Of a DNA stretch of 64,000 bases, positions 42,038-51,325 are shown piece after piece. The stretch spans positions 32,001 through 96,000 of the forward strand of contig CAVXLD010000007.1 in the NCBI GenBank assembly GCA_963762565.1. The letters run 5' to 3'. How positions within the stretch are numbered: the first letter of the stretch is position 1; every line of letters begins with the position of its first letter. This DNA comes from an uncultured Verrucomicrobiae bacterium (GTDB lineage: Bacteria > Verrucomicrobiota > Verrucomicrobiia > Chthoniobacterales > JAFAMB01). The notes beneath the pieces are model-generated. The model was not told where the DNA came from and did not search any database. It saw only the letters and a list, made by a program, of their open reading frames with translations. The position numbers and the translations under genes are program-made.

Positions 42038-42162
42038 CTTAAGGTGCTGAAGGAAGACAAACGCGCGATTTTCAGCGCGCCGCGCACGCGCAACGCGCCG
42101 CCGATTTTCTCAACAGTCTCCAGCCGCAGCAGCACGCAGAGGAGGAGAGCGCAGCGGCTTGA
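42038..42162 (+). pseudogene. ardC: ArdC-like antirestriction protein C-terminal remnant
   Basis: LKVLKEDKRAIFSA / AHAQRAADFLNSLQP (one frameshift). Confidence 0.75.
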
Positions 42163-42178
42163 CCAGGTCCGGAAACAG

Positions 42179-42208
42179 AGCGGCCCGGCATCGAGCCGGG
42201 TCGCTTTT
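42179..42208 (+). terminator. Rho-independent terminator after the ardC remnant
   Basis: gcggcccggc-atcga-gccgggtcgc-tttt. Confidence 0.65.
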
Positions 42209-42224
42209 CCCTATCCAAATTTTC

Positions 42225-42762
42225 GGTACTGGTTCAGTTTGAGTGAGAGAAGCGGCTTGAGGAGCCGAGGCCAGCCGGTCCGGAAGGCCGCGCGCCACAC
42301 TTATGTAAGTGGGACGAAGTCGTATTCGCCGAATTGCAGAATTAAGAAAGTCGCCGCGGTCTCGCCACCGTTGGTAACAAGGTGCGGGCGCTGGGGCCGG
42401 ACTGAATAGGTTTCGCCCGGCGCGAGGCGCATCTCCTCCTTGGGGTCGCGCAAGAAAAGCCGTATTTGTCCCTCCAGAACGTAAAAGGTGTCTTGGACGT
42501 TTGAGTGACAGTGCCAAGGCACCTTTTGCGTCGGGTTGATCGTCCCCTCAAAGATCCGGAACCCTGGACGCGCTAGGTGATGCGCTTGTTTCTCAAGGTC
42601 GAGGAGATGGCTCGGGTCTTTTATGCCTTTCATACTATCGCTCCACGATATCACAGCGTGGCGGCTTCGCCATCACGTCGCGCAAAGCATACCTTCTTTT
42701 GGGAGGGATCATGGCAACTACCTAGCCCCTCGGCACTGATTCAGTCAAACTGAACCAGTACC
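42225..42762. mobile_element. Non-autonomous IS-like element with passenger gene
   Basis: 22-bp TIR (21/22 match) GGTACTGGTTCAGTTTGAGTGA; 8-bp direct repeat AAATTTTC at 42217-42224 and 42763-42770. Confidence 0.9.
42301..42633 (-). CDS. Cupin-domain protein
   Basis: PWHCHSNVQDTFYVLEG...LAPGETYSV...PHLVTN. Confidence 0.9.
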   Translation of the reverse strand: MKGIKDPSHLLDLEKQAHHLARPGFRIFEGTINPTQKVPWHCHSNVQDTFYVLEGQIRLFLRDPKEEMRLAPGETYSVRPQRPHLVTNGGETAATFLILQFGEYDFVPLT

Positions 42763-42797
42763 AAATTTTCCGGGGCTCTGCCCCGGCCAGGGGTTAA

Positions 42798-43142
42798 TCA
42801 ACCCCTGACAACCCCGCGCTTACTTCCCTTCCGCGTTTCAGCTTCGTCGGCGAGGCACTGTGGGAGTGTCACTTTCGCCTGTCCGCCGTCGCCGCCAGGC
42901 GTTGCTGGCTTCGCTTTCGCCTCTGTTTTCCCGGCCGCCGTTGCCGGCTTCTTGTGATGGGTCCGTTTCGGCTTCGCGGAATTCGCGCGGTAGCCGAGTT
43001 TCGCAAGCTTCTCATCGAAACTCTTGATCGCAGCTTCGCGCTTGCGCAGCAGATCGTCGATGACGGCCTGCTTGCGCTCCTCTACCGATTTCAGGTCCGA
43101 AAGGACTTTCTCAACATCGTCATTTGGTTTTTCTTCTGGCAT
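42798..43142 (-). CDS. Small coiled-coil/basic protein, possibly nucleoid-associated
   Basis: N-terminal coiled coil ending KLAKLGY, Lys/Ala-rich tail. Confidence 0.6.
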   Translation of the reverse strand: MPEEKPNDDVEKVLSDLKSVEERKQAVIDDLLRKREAAIKSFDEKLAKLGYRANSAKPKRTHHKKPATAAGKTEAKAKPATPGGDGGQAKVTLPQCLADEAETRKGSKRGVVRG

Positions 43143-43154
43143 AGCGCCCCAAAT

Positions 43155-43545
43155 CTATCGGCCCGGCACCGGCGCGTCGGGATCATGGCCGGCGAACCGC
43201 TCGAAGCCGCCGACTATGTACTTCACTATCCCCAGCGACCATTGCACCGCTTCGCCCGCGATCAGCGCGATTGCCTTCACCATCAAGGCAAGCTCCAACG
43301 CGTCGGCAAGCCCGGCCTTGTGTCCCAGCGACCCAATCGGAAGCCCGCCGTAATATACAAAGCAGGCCATCCCGCCTAAAAAAATCGTTCTTTCAACAAG
43401 CCGCGCCGCACGGCCCAGCTCCAGCACCTTCGGCAACAGAAAGAAATTCCCGAGGCCAGGCCAGCCCTTCCGCAGAACCTTGTTAAACGTGAACGAATTA
43501 TTCGGGTCTTCGCGCAGCCACGCCAGAGCCCTCGAAAGCATCATA
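43155..43545 (-). CDS. Hypothetical membrane protein
   Basis: ORF directly upstream of and co-oriented with 42798-43142; two hydrophobic stretches; start uncertain. Confidence 0.5.
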
Positions 43546-44083
43546 ATTCGCCTTCCCTCTCCAGACGGATCGCGAAGCCTCATCTTACTTCAAGTTTGCA
43601 GAAATCGGTGAGCGCCGCGCGCGCGTTCCTCGCCCATTGACAGCCCCGCCCAGCCGCCGAAAGAAGCTAGGAAAACCAGTAATCAAAAATTAGCCTCCCC
43701 TAACACTACCCTACCTAACCCCTTTTATGTATGGTTGGGAACTTCCGACTTCGGTCTGTTACCAGAGCTCCCACGCCTATTTGATGTGCTTGGAGGCGAT
43801 TGCTGGACGGTTTAGCGGTTTCTCAATCAGCGTCGCCCAATTTGGAGGGTTGACACCGCGCTATCGAGACTGAAAACGCGGTAAGATCAGCCAGGTCGTG
43901 GCTGCGGCCGAGAACGGAGCCGGCGCCGTCTCCTGATCGTGACTTGCCAGTCACCGCCCAACGCTAGCACAAATTGTCGCAAATCATCTAGGCGCCACCG
44001 TCCTTTCCTTGAAAGCGCGGTTAAAAACCTGCTAAAACGGTAAGTCCGGCCAACAAATAACAAACTCTGTCCATCAATCCCGC

Positions 44084-46420
44084 ATGTCGCCACGACCTGC
44101 GATCTTCATCTCGGCTGTCAGCTGCGAGCTGAGAAGCGCGCGGCAGTTGGTGGCCAACACGCTGACCTTCCTGGGTTACGAGCCGGAGTGGCAGGACATC
44201 TTTGGTACCGAAGAGGGCGATCTGCGTGCGATACTGCGCCGTCGGATCGACTCCTGTAAAGGGGTGGTGCAATTGGTAGGAAAATGCTACGGAGCCGAGC
44301 CGCCGAGCATCGACGAACAATTCGGCGGCGTCAGTTACACGCAATACGAGGCGCTCTACGCCAGCAGCAAAGGAAAGAAGGTCTGGTTCCTGTTTCTAGA
44401 TGAAAGTTTTCCTAGCGACCCGCATGAAGAAGAAGGCGAGGAAAAAGAGAAGCTACAGAGCGCGTACCGCGCCCGGCTGAAGGCTGACGTTCATCTTTAC
44501 CATCCACTCGGCAGCAGGGAAGGCCTTGAAGCCAGCGTGCTCAAACTGCGCGATGACCTCACCCGGCTCCGGCGCGGGGTAAGGCGATGGGCCGCTCTGG
44601 TTGCTGTGCTGCTTGTCCTGATCTTCGCTCTGAGCATCTGGCTCCTGCGAGGCCAGCAGGCTCTCCAGGAAAAATTCGACAAGCTGCAGCAGGGCGTCAA
44701 TTCGTTTGCGGAAGTACAAAACAAAGTCCGCCGGGACCAGGCCGGCCAGAAGCCTGAGGAAATCGAGCAGCGCACCTACGAGGTGTTGGGTAAGCAGCTC
44801 GGGATCGACGCTGCCACGCTCAAGGAACAACTGCCGCGTTTCGCCGCAGAACTGAAGAAATCACCTAACGCCACTACTTATGAGCGAGCGAACGCCGCTT
44901 ACGTGGCAAAGGATTACAATGAGGCCGAACGGTTGGCGCTCGCTGCCGCGGCCGAAGCTCAGCGCTCCAGCCCCGCGAAGAACGCGGAAGCGGTCGAAGC
45001 CTTTGAGCTGGCGGGATGGGCAGCCGAGAAGCGGATCGAATACGCCGATGCACTAAAGCGGTTGCACGACGCCGAGGCGCTCACCGACGTCACCCGCGAT
45101 CCTCTGGAGTGGGCCCGTGTGCAGTTCGCAATTGCCTGGGTGCTGATCGGTAAAGGTCAGTACAATGACGCCGAGAGCATCTTACTTAAAGTGCTGAAGG
45201 AGCGCGAACCCGCTCTGGGCCCCGAGCATCCTGACACGCTAAACACGCGCAACGCTCTGGCAAAGGAACTCTATTTCAAAGGTAAGTATGCTGAGGCTGA
45301 GGCGGAGTGTCGCGCCGTGCTGAAGGTTCAGGAAAAGGTGCTCGGCCCCGAGCATCCTGACACGCTAAGCACGCGTACCAATCTGGCGCTCGCCCTTGAT
45401 GGTCAATGCAAGTATGCCGAGGCTGAAGCGGAGGACCGCGTGGTGATCAAGCTCAAAGAGAAAGTGCTCGGCCCCGAGCATCCTGAAACGCTAGGAACGC
45501 GGATCATTCTGGTACTCGCGCTTGATAACGAAGGCAAGTATGCCGAGGCTGAAGCGCAGGGCCGCGCGGTGCTCAAGCTCGAAGAAAAGGTGCTCGGCCC
45601 CGAGCATCCTAACACGCTCGAGCTGCGCAACTTTCTGGCAGACGCGCTCGGTGGCGAAGGCAAGTATACCGAAGCTGAAGCGGAATCTCGCACGGTGATC
45701 AAGCTCGAAGAAAAAGTACTTGGCCTCGAGAATCCTATCACGCTAGGGATGCACAGCAGTCTGGCGGACGCGCTTAATGGCCAAGGGAAGTACGCCGATG
45801 CCGAAGCGGAGTATCGCTCCGTGATCAAGCTTGAAGAAAAAGTGCTTGGCCCCGAGCATGCTTCGACGTTAAACACGCGCGCCAGTCTGCCGGACGCGCT
45901 TGAACACGAAGGCAAATATGCTGAGGCTGAAGCGGAGTGTCGCGCCGTGATTAAGCTCGAAGAAAAGGTGCTCGGCCCTGAGGATCGTCTCACGCTAGAC
46001 ACGCGCACCAGCCTGGCAGACGCGCTTGATCACCAATGCAAGGATGCCGAGGCTGAAGCGGAGTGTCGTGCCGTGCTCAAGCTCGAAGAAAAAGCGCTCG
46101 GCCCCGAGCATCCTGACACGCTAACTACGCGCCACTATCTGGCAAACGCGCTTGAACACGAAGGCAAGTATGCCGAGGCGGAAGCGGAGTATCGCGCCGT
46201 GCTGAAGCTCAGAGAAAAGGTGCTCGGTCCCGAACATCCGGGCACGCTAAGCACTTGCTTTCGTCTGGCTCGTTGTTTGCGCGATGAGGATTCTAACGGC
46301 CAAGCCAGGGAACTTGCACAGCGGGCAGCGGACGGAGCGAGCAAGGTTTTGGGACCAGAACACCCGGATACGAAGAAATACGAGCAGCTCCTGAAAGAAC
46401 TGGTGGCAAAAGAGGACTAG
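44084..46420 (+). CDS. DUF4062 - TM - coiled coil - TPR (42-aa repeats) protein, paralog 1
   Basis: IFISAVS..ELRSAR, VGKCYG, SYTQYEA; TM WAALVAVLLVLIFALSIWLL; 8 core LGPEHP repeats plus a terminal repeat. Confidence 0.9.
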   Translation: MSPRPAIFISAVSCELRSARQLVANTLTFLGYEPEWQDIFGTEEGDLRAILRRRIDSCKGVVQLVGKCYGAEPPSIDEQFGGVSYTQYEALYASSKGKKVWFLFLDESFPSDPHEEEGEEKEKLQSAYRARLKADVHLYHPLGSREGLEASVLKLRDDLTRLRRGVRRWAALVAVLLVLIFALSIWLLRGQQALQEKFDKLQQGVNSFAEVQNKVRRDQAGQKPEEIEQRTYEVLGKQLGIDAATLKEQLPRFAAELKKSPNATTYERANAAYVAKDYNEAERLALAAAAEAQRSSPAKNAEAVEAFELAGWAAEKRIEYADALKRLHDAEALTDVTRDPLEWARVQFAIAWVLIGKGQYNDAESILLKVLKEREPALGPEHPDTLNTRNALAKELYFKGKYAEAEAECRAVLKVQEKVLGPEHPDTLSTRTNLALALDGQCKYAEAEAEDRVVIKLKEKVLGPEHPETLGTRIILVLALDNEGKYAEAEAQGRAVLKLEEKVLGPEHPNTLELRNFLADALGGEGKYTEAEAESRTVIKLEEKVLGLENPITLGMHSSLADALNGQGKYADAEAEYRSVIKLEEKVLGPEHASTLNTRASLPDALEHEGKYAEAEAECRAVIKLEEKVLGPEDRLTLDTRTSLADALDHQCKDAEAEAECRAVLKLEEKALGPEHPDTLTTRHYLANALEHEGKYAEAEAEYRAVLKLREKVLGPEHPGTLSTCFRLARCLRDEDSNGQARELAQRAADGASKVLGPEHPDTKKYEQLLKELVAKED

Positions 46421-46564
46421 TTAGATCAGATCCCCCGGCGCTCATTGATTCTATCAATGTGTCTTTACGATAAAGCGCTATCGAAAATGTGGGTCAGCAA
46501 TCACAAGACCATTTCCATAATATAGAGCAGAGCTGGCTGCTCTAACCCGCGAGTTTGAACCGAC

Positions 46565-46690
46565 GTTGGCTGTTTTTTGCGTTGCTCACTCCTCAAGGAT
46601 CAATTCAGATATGCCGTTCGCGCCTTGAAAAACAGCCAACTGATCCGGCCGCTGCCGGGCGAAAGCTATGTTATTTATTGGACAGGACAC
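46565..46690 (+). mobile_element. Right half of the 62605-62895 MITE family
   Basis: gttggctgttttt...aaaaacagccaac arm plus TIR ...ggacaggacac followed by TAG. Confidence 0.85.
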
Positions 46691-46691
46691 T

Positions 46692-47228
46692 AGACCCGAT
46701 CCCAACACCTACTGGGTTGTCCCCGGTAAGCTGTTAGCCCGCGAATATCCGGGTGCCCGCGATCTGGAAGAGGCGCGCAGCCGCCTGAGAAGGTTTCTTG
46801 CGGCCGGAGTCCGTCATTTCATCGACCTGACCGAGGTCGGCGAGCTCACTCCCTACGCCGAATTACTGACGGAAGAAGCGGGCTCTAGAACCACTTACGA
46901 GCGCTTTCCCATTCGCGATGTGAGGTGCCGGAAGAACCGAAAACCATGGCAGACATTATTGGGGCCATCGATCGCGCAATGGCAGAAGGTGGGGATCACC
47001 TACGTCCATTGTTGGGGCGGAGTCGGCCGTACCGGACTCGCCGTCGCATGTTGGTTGCAGGATCGCGGACAGACACCCGATGAGGCATTAACAGACCTCG
47101 CCGATAAATGGCGCTCGTGCGCAAAATCTAAGCGGATGCCGAGCTCACCTGAAACCGCCGAGCAAGTGAGGTGGGTCAAGGAATGGCCTCTTCATCGGTC
47201 GAAGCTGCATCTCCAAAATGACCCGTGA
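46692..47228 (+). pseudogene. Dual-specificity/tyrosine phosphatase, 5' end abutting a MITE, with two compensating indels
   Basis: VHCWGGVGRTG (CX5R), PETAEQ; the 31483 copy gives the expected frame RDVSVPDEPKTM. Confidence 0.85.
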
Positions 47229-47290
47229 AAGATACCGTGGCGCCCTACTCGGATTAGCAGCAGGCGATGCTTTAGGCACCAGCTTAGAGC
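47218..47290 (+). pseudogene. ADP-ribosylglycohydrolase N-terminal remnant
   Basis: MTRERYRGALLGLAAGDALGTSLE, overlapping the phosphatase stop. Confidence 0.8.
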
Positions 47291-47432
47291 AGTTTGCTAA
47301 GCGTCAAGACGTGCCACTTCTGCTCCCGTTTGTTGCTTTAACCGAGAGTCACGCTTAATTTCATAAGCGGAATCCGATGCGATTTCATGTCCGTCACCGG
47401 ATGTAGAAGTAGACTTTTTCCGGAGGTGAGCC

Positions 47433-47765
47433 ATGCCGAAGTATTTGATCGAGGCTTCCTACAGCGCGGAGGGTGCAAAGGGTATCATGAAGAGGGGTGG
47501 AACAGCGCGACGCGCTGAAGTGCAGAAAATGGTGGAGAGCCTGGGTGGACGCCTTGATGCGTTCTATTTCGTGTTCGGAGAGAATGACGTTCATGTCATC
47601 CTTGACCTGCCTGAGAACTTGACTGCGGCCGCGATCTCGCTGGCCGTGATGTCAACAGGGGCGGCCCGCACGAAGACGACCGTGCTTCTCACACCCGAAG
47701 AGATAGATCAGGCCGTGAAAAGGCCGGTCGATTACGAGCCGCCAGCGATAGCAGCCGGGGACTAG
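47433..47765 (+). CDS. GYD-domain protein
   Basis: MPKYLIEASYSAEG...LGGRLDAFYFVFGENDV...TTVLLTPEE; GGAGG RBS. Confidence 0.9.
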   Translation: MPKYLIEASYSAEGAKGIMKRGGTARRAEVQKMVESLGGRLDAFYFVFGENDVHVILDLPENLTAAAISLAVMSTGAARTKTTVLLTPEEIDQAVKRPVDYEPPAIAAGD

Positions 47766-47947
47766 GGCACTTCGCCGCCAGGCCTCGAAATGGGTCTTCG
47801 GCACAGGGGACGCGCCTATACAAAACACATTGATCGATTGTAATGATCGAGTCGCGATGCGAGACTTGGCTTTCATGGCCGTCCGCTCGACTCGCGCATT
47901 GTCTCTGCACGCTGCGACTCAGTAGGGTCCCCAGATCCAATCAAAGC

Positions 47948-48112
47948 TCAGCTCTTTCGAGAAGTCTTGGCGTAAAACGACCGAAATTGCGGCACGACTT
48001 TCTTGCCCTTGCACTTCGGACATTTGACATTTTTCTTTTCGTGCTCGGCGATTGTCATTGTGACCGTGAAATTCTCGTCGCAGTTCTTACAGAAATATTC
48101 GTAGAGGGGCAT
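47948..48112 (-). CDS. FmdB-family zinc-ribbon protein
   Basis: MPLYEYFCKNC...CPKC. Confidence 0.9.
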   Translation of the reverse strand: MPLYEYFCKNCDENFTVTMTIAEHEKKNVKCPKCKGKKVVPQFRSFYAKTSRKS

Positions 48113-48261
48113 ACAAGGGGGTTCTTTCCGTACGGCCAATAAATATAGGAGATCGGAGAACCGGGTCCACTTGCTTCCACACGCTGAAGGCCGATGTTTC
48201 TGCGAGTCCCTGAGTGCGGCGCAGCCCGCAATCACAAAGCGATTCGAGAATCGAGGTGCAC

Positions 48262-48609
48262 ATGCGTTTCGAAGCATTTTCATTTGGCTCGATCTGTATT
48301 GACGGAACGACTTACGCGTATGACGTCGTGATCGACCGTGGCCGCATCCGCAAGCGCAAGAAAAAACCGTCCAAAAGGTTCCGTGACAGGTTTGGGCATA
48401 CGCCGCTCTCGATAGAGGAGGAGATACCCTGGAAGTGCCGACGGCTTGTGATCGGCACCGGAACCGGAGCGATGCCGGTGATGGAAGAGGTGAACCGCGA
48501 GGCTCACCGCCGGAAAATAAAGCTCCAGATATTGCCAACGGCCGAAGCTATCAAGACCCTGGAGAAGCGCCCTGAGAGGACGAACGCGATTCTGCATCTG
48601 ACATGTTAG
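48262..48609 (+). CDS. Mth938-like domain protein
   Basis: FGSICIDG...LVIGTG...PTAEA...AILHLTC. Confidence 0.88.
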   Translation: MRFEAFSFGSICIDGTTYAYDVVIDRGRIRKRKKKPSKRFRDRFGHTPLSIEEEIPWKCRRLVIGTGTGAMPVMEEVNREAHRRKIKLQILPTAEAIKTLEKRPERTNAILHLTC

Positions 48610-48800
48610 AGCGTGAACCTGTGGGACTGCTAGGCACGTAAGCCACCCGAATTCCTCAAAGACTGGCGGTTTCTCTTGGTCGGACTTCGTTGGTGGCTCC
48701 AGGGTGCTACGCGACTATGACAAATAGTTCGCTAATCGGTAATCACTGATCGCGTATAGCCGTTTGATTCGGAGTAGGGTTGAGCAGACTCTAGTCACTA

Positions 48801-48996
48801 GTGCACCAAGTCCGTGACTGAGGAGCAACTCAGCCGCCGCCCCATTTTCATCGAAACCCTCCGGGCTGCGCGTCTTTTGGCCGGTTGCTTTGTCGCTCAT
48901 CGGTCAAAGACCACAGCGGGTATTCTACCTCTTCGCTTCGCGCATCCAGCCAAAATTCGCAGCAGCGCCGCTATACCAGTCACGGACTTGGCGCAC
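48801..48996. mobile_element. MITE with 20-bp TIR, flanked by TA (IS630-like ends)
   Basis: gtgcaccaagtccgtgactg / cagtcacggacttggcgcac (19/20); TA at 48799-48800 and 48997-48998. Confidence 0.85.
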
Positions 48997-48999
48997 TAG

Positions 49000-49170
49000 A
49001 GCCCTTGGTCTTAACCTTTGCGTCTTGGCGTCTTTGCGTGAGATGTTGCGCATTTGTCATTGGCTATTGGCTAATGGCTATTCGCGAAGCGCCCCTTGCG
49101 TGAGATTCTCCCCGTCTGTCATTTGTCACGTCATGCGCTTCGCTTCGTATCTGCTACCTGCGAAGCGCCG
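49000..49170. repeat. Short tandem 7-8-mer repeats
   Basis: ctttgcgt-cttggcgt-ctttgcgt; gctattg-gctaatg-gctattc; gtcattt repeats. Confidence 0.65.
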
Positions 49171-49953
49171 TCATTTGTCCTGCACTTCCCTCGTCATCGG
49201 GACGAACGCGACCGGCAACACGGCTTGTTGTTCGATCTTCGCCCCATGCTTTCGGAGCAGGTAAAGCTGCTGATCGCCCAGAGTACCGACCGGGATGATC
49301 ATTCGGCCATCGTCTTTCAACTGATCGATAAGCGGCTGGGGGATCTGGTTTGGCGCACAAGTCACGATAATGGAGTCGAACGGCGCGTGCTCCGGCCAGC
49401 CTTTATAACCATCGCCGGCGAGCACTTTTACGTTAAGATATCCTAGCCGTTTGAGATCAGCCTCGGCATGTTTGGCGAGAGGTTCAATAATCTCGATCGT
49501 ATAGACTTCAGCGACAAGCCGTGAAAGAACAGCGGCCTGGTACCCGGATCCGGTACCAATCTCAAGGACACGATCAGTCGGTTTAGGGTCAAGTTGCTCG
49601 GTCATGAATGCTACAATGTAAGGCTGAGAAATGCTCTGATGGTAACCGATCGGCAGCGGCTCATCCGAGTACGCAAACTTGCGCAACGATTCCGGCACGA
49701 ACTCGTCACGCGGCACCGAGGCCATTGCGTCCAGCACGAGGCGGTTCTTAATATCCCGACCTGGAGCGGAGAGTTGCTCGACCATTCGTTGGCGAGCTGC
49801 GGCAAAATCCGAGAGCGCCGTCTGCTGCGCATTACCGACGGCCAGAAGCACCGCTTGGAGGAAGCACAGCAGAAGGAACGCTCCTCCCCTTGTAGCTGGC
49901 GGCGACGTATTCGTGGAACCCGTGCAGCGTCTCTTGGGATCTAGATCGCTCAT
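49171..49953 (-). CDS. pcm: Protein-L-isoaspartate O-methyltransferase with hydrophobic N-terminal extension
   Basis: SISQPYIV, VLEIGTGSGYQAA, GDGYKGWPEHAPFD, FVPMT; start uncertain. Confidence 0.95.
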   Translation of the reverse strand: MSDLDPKRRCTGSTNTSPPATRGGAFLLLCFLQAVLLAVGNAQQTALSDFAAARQRMVEQLSAPGRDIKNRLVLDAMASVPRDEFVPESLRKFAYSDEPLPIGYHQSISQPYIVAFMTEQLDPKPTDRVLEIGTGSGYQAAVLSRLVAEVYTIEIIEPLAKHAEADLKRLGYLNVKVLAGDGYKGWPEHAPFDSIIVTCAPNQIPQPLIDQLKDDGRMIIPVGTLGDQQLYLLRKHGAKIEQQAVLPVAFVPMTREVQDK

Positions 49954-50149
49954 GAGCGGCTGAGATGGCGCCTCAGTTTCCCATGAACCATAAGGCTGCT
50001 TGCGGCGAAGCCGCAACCGAAGAGGCAGCGCTCGGCCGCTCCGCAGTTGGGCGGACGCCTTTAAATCGATCCTGCGCGCTGAGCTCAACCTCTCCGCCTC
50101 TCAAGGCTTGCGGACAAAAACCCTTAGCGTCTAACTTGGCGCATCCCCT

Positions 50150-50299
50150 ATGGCTGTAATTCTCATCGCAGTCGTCTTGGCCGTGATAACCGGCCTGAAC
50201 TATTTCGGAAAACCAATATCGCGAACGATGTGGCTGGTTCTCTTCATCCTATCGTCGGTCGCGCTGATCCTGATACTGTTGACCTATTTACATTTCTGA
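50150..50299 (+). CDS. Small two-TM membrane protein (49 aa, not in ORF track)
   Basis: MAVILIAVVLAVITGLNYFGKPISRTMWLVLFILSSVALILILLTYLHF. Confidence 0.55.
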   Translation: MAVILIAVVLAVITGLNYFGKPISRTMWLVLFILSSVALILILLTYLHF

Positions 50300-50416
50300 C
50301 GCTTAGCAACTTCCGCGTTTCTTTTGGGATCCGCAAAGAGTATGCGACGCGCTCCGGGCCTAACGCCAAGAGATAGCGAAGTTGTCCGCGTGAAATTTTC
50401 TCATCAAGTGAAGCGC

Positions 50417-50803
50417 TTATTGCACCGAGATCTTGCGAGGCTTCACGGTTTCTGCTTTTGGCAGCGTAACGGTCAAGATGCCATCGTCGATTTTCGCGCC
50501 GACTTTCGTCACATCGATCGATGGATCAAGTTCGTAGACACGCCGGAAATCGTGCGGCTGGATCTCCCGATGGATCAATTCAGCAGTGAATTCGGTTGGT
50601 TTCCGACGACCAAGAATAGTCATCTCACCGTTGTCGACGGTGATTTCGAGGCCACCCTTCTCGACACCGGGCATTTCCGCTCGGATAACATAGCCGTCAT
50701 CTGTGGTTTCTACATCCACCAGCGGTGTCACGAAGGCCCCTGGGCGATTGTCCTCATTGGGAGCCATTGCTTGTTCCTTTGAAGGTAGGGATGGAATATT
50801 CAT
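50417..50803 (-). CDS. Hsp20/alpha-crystallin protein
   Basis: PLVDVET...AEMPGV...DGILTVTLPK. Confidence 0.95.
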   Translation of the reverse strand: MNIPSLPSKEQAMAPNEDNRPGAFVTPLVDVETTDDGYVIRAEMPGVEKGGLEITVDNGEMTILGRRKPTEFTAELIHREIQPHDFRRVYELDPSIDVTKVGAKIDDGILTVTLPKAETVKPRKISVQ

Positions 50804-50860
50804 TGTTTTCTCCAGGTTCCGGCACCTGACGTGCTGAGCGCCCGTCGGCACCACGTATTT

Positions 50861-51325
50861 TCATTTGAGGGCGACTTCGATCTGTTTTGGCTTTGCTTCC
50901 TCCGCTTTCGGTAGCACGACCTGCAAAAGGCCGTCTCTATAGCTGGCTTTCACTTTGCCGGGATCAACGGGAGTTGGTAGTGTCAAGCTGCGCTGGTATT
51001 TGCCGTAGAACCTTTCGGTAAAGAATCCTTGCTCGCTAGCTCCTTCGTGTTTGCGTTCGCCCGAGATGGTGAGCGTGGCGTCGTGCAGCAAGATCTCGAT
51101 TTCTTCCTTCTTGAGACCAGGAAGCTCCGCGACGACGACGAATTGATCTTTGTCTTGATAGACATCAACTGCAGGATTCCAACGGCTCAACGAAGCTGGG
51201 GATCGAAAGGATGAGCCAAGGGTTGAGTTATACACCCGATCCATTTCCGCCTGCATACTTGTGATTCGATCCAGAACAGCCGCTAGATCCGTTTGAGGAT
51301 AACGTTGGTAACGAACGATGTTCAT
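50861..51325 (-). CDS. Hsp20/alpha-crystallin protein
   Basis: PAVDVY...AELPGL...ERFYGKYQRS...DGLLQVVLPK; GGAG RBS. Confidence 0.95.
   Translation of the reverse strand: MNIVRYQRYPQTDLAAVLDRITSMQAEMDRVYNSTLGSSFRSPASLSRWNPAVDVYQDKDQFVVVAELPGLKKEEIEILLHDATLTISGERKHEGASEQGFFTERFYGKYQRSLTLPTPVDPGKVKASYRDGLLQVVLPKAEEAKPKQIEVALK

Noticed and set aside
45403..46008. Long antisense ORFs (also 3940-4599, 7898-8482, 36323-36856)
   Set aside because: Shadows of well-supported genes on the opposite strand
45210..46260. Regular 126-nt DNA periodicity as a CRISPR array
   Set aside because: These are coding TPR repeats without unique spacers, and no cas genes are present
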